From positions 128,001-192,000 of the forward strand of contig CAVXLD010000011.1 in the NCBI GenBank assembly GCA_963762565.1: a stretch of DNA of 64,000 nt, read 5' to 3'. Positions 10,791 to 19,599 of this stretch are shown here, piece by piece. How positions within the stretch are numbered: position 1 is the first letter of the stretch; each line of letters opens with the position of its first letter. A program made the position numbers and the translations under genes. Under the pieces are notes generated by a model that saw only the letters and a list, made by a program, of their open reading frames with translations, did no database searches and had not been told where the DNA came from. The stretch comes from an uncultured Verrucomicrobiae bacterium (GTDB lineage Bacteria > Verrucomicrobiota > Verrucomicrobiia > Chthoniobacterales > JAFAMB01).

Positions 10791-12125
10791 TTGAAAACGA
10801 TAAAAATCACACTGGCGGGTCTACTCGCCTTAACGCTCGTCTGTGGGGCTTCTGCTGCCACGACGGTATTACATATTACCGGTTCAACGGCTTACCGGGG
10901 TGCGACCCTGGTAGCCATATCAGAGATTCTGCAACCGGGCTATAAGGTGGCCTATGTGGCCAGCGCCGCTGAGGCCTACTCTAAAGCGAACATGGTGCTC
11001 TTCACCGGTACGACAACCTCGGGTCTCACCGTTGAGATCAAGACCGCTTTCTTCGGATCGATCGGTGGCGTGTGCAACGTCGCCGGCGGACTGACGATTG
11101 GACCGGGAGGAACTGCATATACGGATGGCCAAACCATCGGCTGGTTGTCGGACACGAATCCGACGGCCACAGGTAGCGTAACATTCTCGGGCGGTACCTA
11201 TACGGTCAGCGGCGGACAGAACGTCACGGCAGCGGCAGCGATATTTGACAGCCCAGTCGTGGCCGATTGCACCATGTCTGACTCCTTCCAAGCATCCGCT
11301 CCGAAGACCTATCGTACCCCTGCACTCAGCGGTAAAATCGTTGGTGTAGTGCCGTTTGTTTGGATGTGCAGTCCGGGCACTACGGCCGCCGTTGGAACGG
11401 TTAGCGATATGTCCTCTGCCAACGCTCAGTCGCTCTTAGCCGGTACGCTTACGCTCGGCGATCTCACGGGCAATAGCGGAGACACGGTGGCCGTTTTGTG
11501 TGACGGTCGTGACCAGGATTCCGGTACCCGCGTTGCCGCTTTGGCGGATTGCGGTTACGGAGTCTTCACGAAGGTGATTCAGTATCAACCGCTGTTCGAT
11601 GGGGCCACTAAGGCGACCGTTCCTCCTCCTACGCCGCCGAGCCCGACGGGGAACAACATCACAGGAGCTGCAAAATGGCCCAAAACCTCCTCAGTTGACT
11701 CCGTTCCTTCTCCGATCGGAAACTCGGGTTACAATAGCGGCGGTCTGGTCGCCGACGCGATTTTGGTCCCGTCTGCGTATCCGAAGTGGTTCGTCGCGTA
11801 CCTCGGCGAAAACGATGGCGTCACGGCGCTGGGGAATACCGCCAACTTTGTGTTAACGTTCAATGGCGGTTCCTTGACCTACAACGGCACGAGCTGGGAT
11901 AACTCGGGGGTTGAAGGCGGTTCGTACACTTTCTGGGGCTACGAACACTTCCTCTACCTCTCTTCCTTGGCGGGAAACCCCTTGAAGGTTGCTGACCTTA
12001 TCAAGAACGAGATTCTCAATGATACCGCGATCGCCTCCGGTGTGGCAATCTCGAGTATGACCGTTCATCGGGACAAAGATGGCGGCGCCATCCTCCCGGG
12101 TGGCACTCCTCCGAACAAGCCTTAA
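10791..12125 (+). CDS. Secreted periplasmic-binding-fold protein, PstS/DING-like
   Basis: Signal peptide; ITGSTA near the N-terminus and GRDQDSGTR resemble the PstS phosphate-binding motifs; GSYTFWGYEH near the C-terminus. Confidence 0.7.
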   Translation: MKTIKITLAGLLALTLVCGASAATTVLHITGSTAYRGATLVAISEILQPGYKVAYVASAAEAYSKANMVLFTGTTTSGLTVEIKTAFFGSIGGVCNVAGGLTIGPGGTAYTDGQTIGWLSDTNPTATGSVTFSGGTYTVSGGQNVTAAAAIFDSPVVADCTMSDSFQASAPKTYRTPALSGKIVGVVPFVWMCSPGTTAAVGTVSDMSSANAQSLLAGTLTLGDLTGNSGDTVAVLCDGRDQDSGTRVAALADCGYGVFTKVIQYQPLFDGATKATVPPPTPPSPTGNNITGAAKWPKTSSVDSVPSPIGNSGYNSGGLVADAILVPSAYPKWFVAYLGENDGVTALGNTANFVLTFNGGSLTYNGTSWDNSGVEGGSYTFWGYEHFLYLSSLAGNPLKVADLIKNEILNDTAIASGVAISSMTVHRDKDGGAILPGGTPPNKP

Positions 12126-12166
12126 TCGGCCGAATTCGGTTCGATCAAAAATCCGTTGTTAACGTT

Positions 12167-12203
12167 GATCGCTCTGGTACCGCTACCAGAGCGATCTTTT
12201 TTT
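12167..12203 (+). terminator. Rho-independent terminator
   Basis: 13-bp perfect stem GATCGCTCTGGTA / TACCAGAGCGATC, 4-nt loop, followed by T7. Confidence 0.9.
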
Positions 12204-12215
12204 CGGGAAAGGGGT

Positions 12216-12313
12216 CCGCAGATTACGCAGATTTTATTCATTTTGTTTCTTCTGCGGGGTTCTCATGATTGGCCCTGCTAAATCTACTATCGGAGAATTT
12301 GTGTAATCTGCGG
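12216..12313. repeat. Inverted pair of CGCAGATTA 9-mer repeats
   Basis: ccgcagattacgcagattt ... gaatttgtgtaatctgcgg; same family as 37726-37885. Confidence 0.7.
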
Positions 12314-12475
12314 ATCGTTGCTCTGGGTTCGAGGGACAGTGCCCAAGTCATCCAAGGGTTTTTGCCCGGCGGCTGAGAGTGTGGCGATCGGCGGATACCG
12401 CTTGCCGGCAACCCCCTTCCACATCTCCTTGCACTCGTGCAACGCCCTGCTACTGTGCCGTTCCTCATTGAAGTG

Positions 12476-12549
<74 letters not shown>

Positions 12550-12780
12550 TTCTTTAGTGATTGGTGAGAAGTGAGAGGTGAGAAGTGATTGGTGGGGATC
12601 GTTCGATCCTTCGCTTCGTTGATACAGCGTCCCCGACCTATTAGTCCTATCGGTCCCATAGGTCCTATTCGTACCACGCCCTTGGTAGGCCCTCGCTCCA
12701 AAATCCGTTGCCGCCCCTGGCCCTTCTTTGCAGTTGCAAACTCCTTCCAACGCGCCATCTTTGCGGCTCTCAGAATAAAT

Positions 12781-12854
12781 CGGGCCGTAGCACAGCTTGG
12801 TAGTGCGCTTGAATGGGGTTCAAGAGGTCGTGGGTTCGAATCCCGCCGGCCCGA
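12781..12854 (+). tRNA. tRNA-Pro(GGG)
   Basis: Acceptor CGGGCCG/CGGCCCG, anticodon arm CTTGA-AT-GGG-GT-TCAAG, T-loop GTTCGAATC; CCA not encoded. Confidence 0.96.
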
Positions 12855-12957
12855 GATTGCGAAACGGCGAACGGGCGCGCCAGCGTATCGGCGAGAATTG
12901 AAATCCTATGCAGTTGCTTGGCGTCTATTCGCGGCTAGTCTTGATCTTCCTGGAATC

Positions 12958-13719
12958 ATGATCGGCAAAGGACCTGGCAGTTTCTTGGATCGCTCCACCG
13001 TGATTGCGTTGTCGGCGTTCGTGGCGTTGTCGGCGTTGACGGTGCTTTCCTTAACAGCGTTAGCTCAAACCCAAGGCACGCCCACGCCGAGTCCGAGCCA
13101 ATCACCTTCTCCCAGAGTTAAGATACCGCTGCCCCCCAAACCCTATGCCACAGGGTACGGATCGAAGCCGTCTCCCTCGCCAAGTCCTTCGGTCCAACTG
13201 CCGCCCGATCTGTTACCGAACCCCCAGAGTCCACCGATCCCAACCCCGCCTCCGCCGGCCACGAACGACCTCTTGCCGGAAAACAAACCAGCTCCCACAC
13301 CGGTAGGGCCGCAACCGACCGAGCCAGATCTCCTACCCTCAACCCCGACACCTGGCCCGTCGCCTTCCGGGTCTGCTTCGGCCGAAGCTAAAGAAACCCC
13401 GACCCCGAAAAAGCTGGCGGAACAAGTTTTGAAGGAAAAAATGCGGTTCCGGCAGATTGAATCCGCAGCGGAACGTGATCCGCACGCGATCGAACTGTGG
13501 AGCACCGCCAATAAGCAATACACCATGGAATACCGCCGGGAGTGGCAACGGCTCTATTACGTGTACGTTTGCGATCTCATGCGCAAACTCGATCCGAGTC
13601 TTTCCGAATTGATCAACAATTGGGAAGCGACCCATCTCAGTGCGCAGTCGGTGCACAACAGCAAACCCACGGTACCCAGCGACGAACTGCGCGGCCCAGC
13701 GGAAGAACAAAGCCGGTGA
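12958..13719 (+). CDS. Pro/Ser/Thr-rich secreted or membrane-anchored hypothetical protein
   Basis: ORF 12589..13719 trimmed to ATG 12958 because the upstream part overlaps a tRNA. Signal peptide, long PSPSP linker, helical C-terminal domain. Confidence 0.75.
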   Translation: MIGKGPGSFLDRSTVIALSAFVALSALTVLSLTALAQTQGTPTPSPSQSPSPRVKIPLPPKPYATGYGSKPSPSPSPSVQLPPDLLPNPQSPPIPTPPPPATNDLLPENKPAPTPVGPQPTEPDLLPSTPTPGPSPSGSASAEAKETPTPKKLAEQVLKEKMRFRQIESAAERDPHAIELWSTANKQYTMEYRREWQRLYYVYVCDLMRKLDPSLSELINNWEATHLSAQSVHNSKPTVPSDELRGPAEEQSR

Positions 13720-13756
13720 GAGGTGAGAAGTGATTAGTGAGAGGTGAGAAGTGATT

Positions 13757-14030
13757 GGGGGGGCGCCACCCGTGGAGCGTTGCCTCGCTTGCGAGGCCGT
13801 GGTGAGCAGGGGAAAATCGTTTGACGAGACCTTTCGTTTTTCTACGCTCTGTATCACGCTGATCGAGGGTTTGTAGTGGTATTCGCGCTGTGTACGATGA
13901 AGTCGCGGAATTTTGTGCCGTCTCTCCTTTTCACGATAGAGCGCAGCCGGGGTAATCGGCGTACTAGAATGATATCTCGCTGTTCGCCATCGGCCTCGCA
14001 AGCGAGGCACGCTCCACGGGTGGGACCCCA
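13757..14030. repeat. Family-A REPIN-like element, copy 1
   Basis: About 50-bp inverted arms with core CCCGTGGAGCGTTGCCTCGCTTGCGAGGCCG; internal CGCTCT (13845) and AGAGCG (13938). Confidence 0.85.
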
Positions 14031-14181
14031 TTGTTGGCATTGCCGGCGATGACGGCGATGTCGGCGCTTTGTTGAGGATTTCACCTTTAAATCTGCGTGG
14101 GAACGTCTATCTAAGCTTTCCAGCTCGTCTGGCCGCAGGTTTGTGCGGATGGCGAGCAACCTTCGCTAATGAGAGAGTATT

Positions 14182-15207
14182 ATGAATCCTAGGAAACGAA
14201 CTTTTGTCGCTTTGTTACAATGGACTGTCGCAGTTATCGCATTCGCGGCCGTCGCTCATGCCGACCCGATCTCCGATCTACGGTCGGTTTCGGTGTTCAA
14301 GGATGCGGACCTGGCCAAATTGTCGGGAGGCGACATTCTAGCTAATCGCGGGCCGACGATGCGGTTTTCGCGCGGTTTGTCGGTCGAAAGCGCTTTCATT
14401 GTGCGGGCACCGGTTAAGACCACGCTTGGGCTGTTACAACAATGGAATCCGACCCGCCATTCGGAGCTCAAGGTTTACATAAGCGGAGATCTTTCCGGAA
14501 AAGGCCCGAGCGAGTTTCAAAGTCTGAGCACTGCGCCTGGCAATTCGTCGGTGAAAGCTTTCGTTGAAGCCACGGAAAAACTCCCTGGCGATCCATCAAA
14601 ACTCCAGCTCAACAATGCTGAGGCGAAAGAATATGTTCCGGCCTCCGAAACGGAAACAATTCCGGCATCTGTGGTCACCTTTTGGAGCCAAGTGTTGGCG
14701 CAGCGAGAGAAAAGCTTTCTGTCTGGCGGTTTGTCGTCGCAACCTGCCTATCAGACGGGCGGCGGTAACATCGTGGCGGCTGAGGAGATCGCCGCTTTGT
14801 TGAAAGAGAGTCCTAGCGCACGCACACAGTTCGCGCCCTTGATTTCAAGCACCGCGATCGGGGGAGGCCGAGGTTCGGTGACTCCGGGATTGTACTGGCA
14901 GCTATTCGATGTCGAAGGCCAAGCCGCGGTGAGCCTGGACGCGTTTTATGCCCGGCCGGCCGGCGATGGCTGGCAAACCGCGGATCTGGGATACTACGGC
15001 AGCGGCGGTTTCTATGCGTTGGTCACATTCAACCAGCTTTGGCCAATCCAGGTAAATGGCAACGATGCAACCCTGGTTTGGCGAGTCGATTTAACGTCTG
15101 CTTCGGCGTTAAGTGAGCTTCGAGGTGTTGAACGCCTGGGTTCGGGCGCCGCCATGATGCGCGAGGTGCAAAAAGGCATTAAGGCGTTTCTTAGAGACGT
15201 CCGGTAG
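14182..15207 (+). CDS. Secreted hypothetical protein (341 aa)
   Basis: Long ORF with Sec signal peptide ending AVAHA-D. Confidence 0.85.
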   Translation: MNPRKRTFVALLQWTVAVIAFAAVAHADPISDLRSVSVFKDADLAKLSGGDILANRGPTMRFSRGLSVESAFIVRAPVKTTLGLLQQWNPTRHSELKVYISGDLSGKGPSEFQSLSTAPGNSSVKAFVEATEKLPGDPSKLQLNNAEAKEYVPASETETIPASVVTFWSQVLAQREKSFLSGGLSSQPAYQTGGGNIVAAEEIAALLKESPSARTQFAPLISSTAIGGGRGSVTPGLYWQLFDVEGQAAVSLDAFYARPAGDGWQTADLGYYGSGGFYALVTFNQLWPIQVNGNDATLVWRVDLTSASALSELRGVERLGSGAAMMREVQKGIKAFLRDVR

Positions 15208-15208
15208 G

Positions 15209-15454
15209 CCCGTGGAGTGTTGCCTCGCTTGCGAGGCCGAAGGGGTCGCCACCCGTGGAGCGTTGCCTCGCTTGCGAGGCCGAAGGGGTCGCCACCCGTG
15301 GAGCGTTGCCTCGCTTGCGAGGCCGAAGGGGTCGCCACCCATGGAGCGTTGCCTCGCTTGCGAGGCCGAAGGGGTCGCCACCCATGGAGCGTTGCGTCGC
15401 TTGCGAGGCCGAAGGGGTCGCCACCCATGGAGCGTTGCCTCGCTTGCGAGGCCG
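15209..15454 (+). repeat. Tandem array of six 43-bp family-A REP units
   Basis: Units start at 15209, 15252, 15295, 15338, 15381 and 15424; near-identical, no unique spacers. Confidence 0.95.
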
Positions 15455-15647
15455 TGGTGAACAGGTGGTGGAATGCGTTGATCGGCCTGAATCTCTATCG
15501 TCGCTCTGCAATTCGCGATAGGCCTCCTTGCTGCTGCCCCAATACGAGGAGCGCGACAGAGCGTAGACTACAGTGGGCGTTCCGAGCGATTACCCCTGCT
15601 TACCACGGCCTCGCAAGCGAGGCAGCGCTCCACGGGGTGACGCCCCC
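15414..15647. repeat. Family-A REPIN-like element, copy 2
   Basis: The last tandem unit pairs with an inverted arm at about 15596-15647; CGCTCT 15502, AGAGCG 15558. Confidence 0.85.
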
Positions 15648-15727
15648 TTCCGACATTGCGTAACGCCCGGCCTTGCAAGCATGGCTGGGCAGGGATAGGG
15701 TCGAGCCTCCTAGAGAATTTTACTGTT

Positions 15728-16681
15728 TTGAGGAAGCACCTTTCGCTTAAACGGTTAGCGTATGGCGGGCTGTTAGCGTTCTTCGCTAACCTTACCGGGG
15801 GTATTGTCTACGCTCAGGATATCGCGCCTTCTCAGAAATTGACGAGCTACCTTGAGAGCTCCACCGTTTCGCCGTTTTCCTACGAGTTAACGACCGATGG
15901 CGCGTATATTGGCAGCGGCTCGATCAGTCGCGGCCTTAGGTCAATCGGCGACTACAGTGAGATCTCCAATTCGGTCAACTTTGTCGTATCCGATCAAATC
16001 AAAGACTCCGTGATCCTGCGTTTGGGGATCGATTGGTCGCGCTATGCATTTGATAGTCAAAATCCGTTTGCGCCCATACCCGACGTCCTCAATGCCGTCG
16101 ACCTCCAGCTGGGTGCGGACGTGCAATTGAGTTCAGCCCTGCTGATGCGAATGGAGATCCACCCGGGTTTTTACGGCACTTTCGATGACATTGCGTTTCG
16201 AGACATCAACGTTCCTATTGTCGCGGGTCTCTCCTACTTTGTCAGTGCCGATTTCATTGTCACCCTCGGCGTCAGTGTCGATCTGAATTCTCAGATACCG
16301 GTTATTCCGGCGGTGGGTGTCCATTGGAAGCTATCGGATCGTTGGACCATCGATGGGGTTGCCCCGCGTCCACAACTGCAATACCAGCTCTCAGACAAAG
16401 TCACTCTCTTCGCCGGGGCCGATGTTCGGGAAACAACTTTTCGGATGAACAATGATTTCGGTACTAGCCACGGGACTCCAGCCCTGAACAGCTCCGTTCT
16501 CGATTATTGGGAGATCCGTGGGGGTGGCGGCTTAACCTGGTCCGTATACAAGAGCTTAAAATTGGACATGGAAGCAGGTGTTGTTCCTTTTCGTCAGTTC
16601 GATTACTATCGAGCAGACGTCAAAGCGGTATCGTCGGACTGGTTTCCCTACGTGCGCGTTGGATTATCCACGAAATTTTGA
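15728..16681 (+). CDS. Outer-membrane beta-barrel protein (DUF6268-like)
   Basis: Signal peptide ending VYA-Q, alternating beta-strand pattern, PVIPAVGVHW motif, terminal Phe. Start uncertain (TTG 15728; track gives 15656). Confidence 0.75.
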   Translation: MRKHLSLKRLAYGGLLAFFANLTGGIVYAQDIAPSQKLTSYLESSTVSPFSYELTTDGAYIGSGSISRGLRSIGDYSEISNSVNFVVSDQIKDSVILRLGIDWSRYAFDSQNPFAPIPDVLNAVDLQLGADVQLSSALLMRMEIHPGFYGTFDDIAFRDINVPIVAGLSYFVSADFIVTLGVSVDLNSQIPVIPAVGVHWKLSDRWTIDGVAPRPQLQYQLSDKVTLFAGADVRETTFRMNNDFGTSHGTPALNSSVLDYWEIRGGGGLTWSVYKSLKLDMEAGVVPFRQFDYYRADVKAVSSDWFPYVRVGLSTKF

Positions 16682-16825
16682 CTCTACCCGGATGTTGAGG
16701 GAATTGGGGTTTAGACCATTGTTCTAAGCCGCAGAAAATCAGCCATGAAGGAATCAAAGTACCGATCGCCACAGCCGTTACCGGCATTACCGGCGTTCGC
16801 GCTCGCTCGCGCTCGTTAAAGTTCC

Positions 16826-17776
16826 ATGCCTAAGCCTCTCATTGTTCTCAATGATCTTGCGAAGAAGTTTGGCCACACCGCCGCTGTCGACAAGATCTCG
16901 ATGTCGATCGGTCAAGGTGAAGTTTTCGGCTTTCTTGGAGCGAATGGTGCAGGTAAGACCACTACCATCCGGATGTTATGCGGCCTCACGAAGCCAAGTG
17001 CCGGCAGCGCATCCATTGATGGGCTGGATGTCTGGAGGGACCGGTTCCGGATCCGCTCAAAGTTTGGGTATGTCTCACAGCGGTTTAGCCTCTACGCCGA
17101 CCTGACGGTGCGAGAAAATCTGCGTTTCTTTGCCGGCGCCTATCGGCAGGATCATATCAACGATCGGGTCGAACGAATGGTCAAAGAGATGGACCTCGAA
17201 TCCTATCGCGATTCCAGGGCAGGCAAACTTTCGGGCGGATACAGGCAGCTATTATCGATGGCCTGCGCGCTGATTCATGAACCAGCTTTACTTTTTCTCG
17301 ATGAACCGACCGCCGGACTCGATCCTGTCCATCGCCAGCAGATCTGGGATTTTCTTTACCAGGTGACCCAATCCGGAACCACCATCTTCGTAACGACCCA
17401 CTATATGGATGAGGCAGAGCGGTGTACAGATGTCGGGTTTGTCCAGCACGGACGGCTGGTGGCTAAGGGATCGCCCCGCCAGCTTAAGCAAGGACTAGGC
17501 GGCGATCTGCTTGAGGTCCACGTGGAGCCGTCTATGCCGGCGGTGTTGGAATTGAGGAAATTCCCGGGTATCAACGCAGTAGATCTACGGAGCGGCCGGT
17601 TGCGCATCCACGCTGCCGATCCGCAAGCTTTGATGGACCAATGGCAACAGTATTGGCCGTTCCCAGGACTAAAGTTCTATGGCTATTCCTGGGTAGAACC
17701 CGACATGGAAGACGTGTTTAATGCTTACGCCCAAGATCGTCATTCGCAGAAGCAGGTTGAGGCAGCTTTGAAATGA
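16826..17776 (+). CDS. ABC-2 exporter ATP-binding protein
   Basis: Walker A GANGAGKT, signature LSGG, Walker B LLFLDEPT, THYMDE. Confidence 0.95.
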   Translation: MPKPLIVLNDLAKKFGHTAAVDKISMSIGQGEVFGFLGANGAGKTTTIRMLCGLTKPSAGSASIDGLDVWRDRFRIRSKFGYVSQRFSLYADLTVRENLRFFAGAYRQDHINDRVERMVKEMDLESYRDSRAGKLSGGYRQLLSMACALIHEPALLFLDEPTAGLDPVHRQQIWDFLYQVTQSGTTIFVTTHYMDEAERCTDVGFVQHGRLVAKGSPRQLKQGLGGDLLEVHVEPSMPAVLELRKFPGINAVDLRSGRLRIHAADPQALMDQWQQYWPFPGLKFYGYSWVEPDMEDVFNAYAQDRHSQKQVEAALK

Positions 17777-19047
17777 ATTTGTTCGACTCCCTGAAAGCGG
17801 TTCTGACGATTGCTTATAAAGAATTTGTGCACGTCTGGCGGGACCGGCGAGTCCTGCTCTTGATCTTGGTCTTGCCGCCGTTCTTTACACTGGTGTTCGG
17901 ACATGCTTTTGAAGGGTCGTCGGTTCGTGACGTGGTGACCCTGTTCGCAAACGCCGACACGAGCAGCGAAAGCCAAAAGTTCGCCGATTTTCTCCACGGC
18001 AAGAACGTCCTTGATGCCTTGGTGGAGGGAAGTGATAACCCTGACAAAACGCAAAAGGACATCAATGATCTGTCGCAGAACCTCAAGGACACTTTTGTTT
18101 GGCGAAAACTTGTCGGGAACCCGACTGGCCCGATAGATCTGATCCAAAACGGTGCAGACGCCGCAGTAGTGATCCCGGAAGGGTGGGGACAGTCGCTCCA
18201 AAACGGTAAACCGATTGCGATGCGGGCCGTGCTGGATGGATCAGATACAAACACGGCGCCTGCGGTTCAAGCATTGCTCCAGCAGGCGTTGGGCCTCTTC
18301 CAGCTGAACGAGCGATATGAGCTAATCAAGAACCTGCCGGCCCAAGTGGTTGACTTGGGCGAGCAGCTATCGCCGGAGATCCAGCACGAATTCAGCTCTT
18401 CCCTGACGCCGTGGGAGTTTGACACCGAGATTCTGTACAATCCGAAGATGTTGTTCGTGGACTACGTGGTACCCGGCATGGTTGGGCTCATTTTACAACT
18501 GGTTACTGTGACTCTGATCGCCAGCACAATCACCCGTGAGCGGGAAGTGGGCACCTTGTCTCAGCTGTTGGTTACCCCGTTGCGACAGTCAGAGATCGTG
18601 GTCGGCAAGGTGTTGCCGTATCTCTTCATATCGATGTTTCTTATCGCCGGTACTATTGCGATCGGGCACCTCCACTTCGGGATAAAGATCCATCAGCCCC
18701 TGCTGCTATCGTTGGTTTGTTTCCTGTTTCTGCTCTGTTCGTTAGGGCTCGGTGTTTTGATCTCGGCGTTTTCTAAAACTCAGACTCAGGCGATTCAATT
18801 TTCGGTTTTTCTTTTGTTGCCGATCATTCTTTTATCCGGGGCGTTTGCGCCGCTCAGTCAGTTGCCCGGTAGTATCCGAATCTTCTCCGAGCTTTTTCCT
18901 TTAACCCATTTCTGTCGGGCCTTCCGGAGTGTGAACATGTACGGCGCCAATTTCGGGTTCATCGCTGCCGACCTTATCGCGCTAGCCGCCGGCGCCGTGA
19001 TCACCTGTGTCGGCGCCGCTTATCTCTTGCGGACCATAGATGATTAA
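17773..19047 (+). CDS. ABC-2 exporter permease (YbhR/YbhS-like)
   Basis: AYKEFVHVWRD, REREVGTL motif, six TM segments; ATGA overlap with the ATPase. Confidence 0.92.
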   Translation: MNLFDSLKAVLTIAYKEFVHVWRDRRVLLLILVLPPFFTLVFGHAFEGSSVRDVVTLFANADTSSESQKFADFLHGKNVLDALVEGSDNPDKTQKDINDLSQNLKDTFVWRKLVGNPTGPIDLIQNGADAAVVIPEGWGQSLQNGKPIAMRAVLDGSDTNTAPAVQALLQQALGLFQLNERYELIKNLPAQVVDLGEQLSPEIQHEFSSSLTPWEFDTEILYNPKMLFVDYVVPGMVGLILQLVTVTLIASTITREREVGTLSQLLVTPLRQSEIVVGKVLPYLFISMFLIAGTIAIGHLHFGIKIHQPLLLSLVCFLFLLCSLGLGVLISAFSKTQTQAIQFSVFLLLPIILLSGAFAPLSQLPGSIRIFSELFPLTHFCRAFRSVNMYGANFGFIAADLIALAAGAVITCVGAAYLLRTIDD

Positions 19048-19266
19048 ATGGGCCATACCGCGGGCTTCGTTCTCGTTCTCGTCGTCGTCCTTCCGCCTTC
19101 GCCAACCCCTTTTTGTGGAGCGCGCCTCGCTTGCGAGGCCGACCAAGGGCGGTTGGCAACATAGAACTCGGGCTACGGCTGACAAGCTGTCCTCGAATCC
19201 GCGCGACCGGAGTGATGGAGTAATGGAGTGCTGGAGTGTTGCGATGCCGGATTGCATGCCCAGTTC

Positions 19267-19544
19267 GAGGGGTCGCCACCCGTGGAGCGCGCCTCGCTTG
19301 CGAGGCCGTGGTGAGCAACGAGACGTCGTCAGATAGTACCCAGGTCAGAACAGCGCTCTATCGTTGAGGCAATCGAAGCAAGAGCGACGAAAGACTGGGA
19401 TCCTGTTCACCGGGCCAAACGATCCACGTCGCAGCTTTAACCGACTCGATACAGAGCGCAGATACGTTGGGATTGCCATCACGTTTCCGCCCTGTTCACC
19501 ACGGCCTCGCAAGCGAGGCAACGCTCCACGGGCGGCGACCCCTC
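19267..19544. repeat. Family-A REPIN-like element, copy 3 (solo arms also at 19115-19141 and 26812-26838)
   Basis: Inverted arms; CGCTCT 19354, AGAGCG 19453. Confidence 0.85.
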
Positions 19545-19599
19545 GGCGGCAATCACCAATCACCCGTTCGACGCGTACCTGGCTTGAGCTTGCCGAAAG

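Noticed and set aside
12589..12957. N-terminal extension of the 376-aa ORF
   Set aside because: It runs through tRNA-Pro(GGG) and repeats; the signal peptide starts at ATG 12958.
15209..15454. CRISPR array
   Set aside because: The sequence between the palindromes is identical in every unit (no spacers), there are no cas genes, and the same unit is dispersed as inverted pairs.
15012..15663. Repetitive ORFs on both strands
   Set aside because: Translations of the 43-bp REP array with no coding signature.
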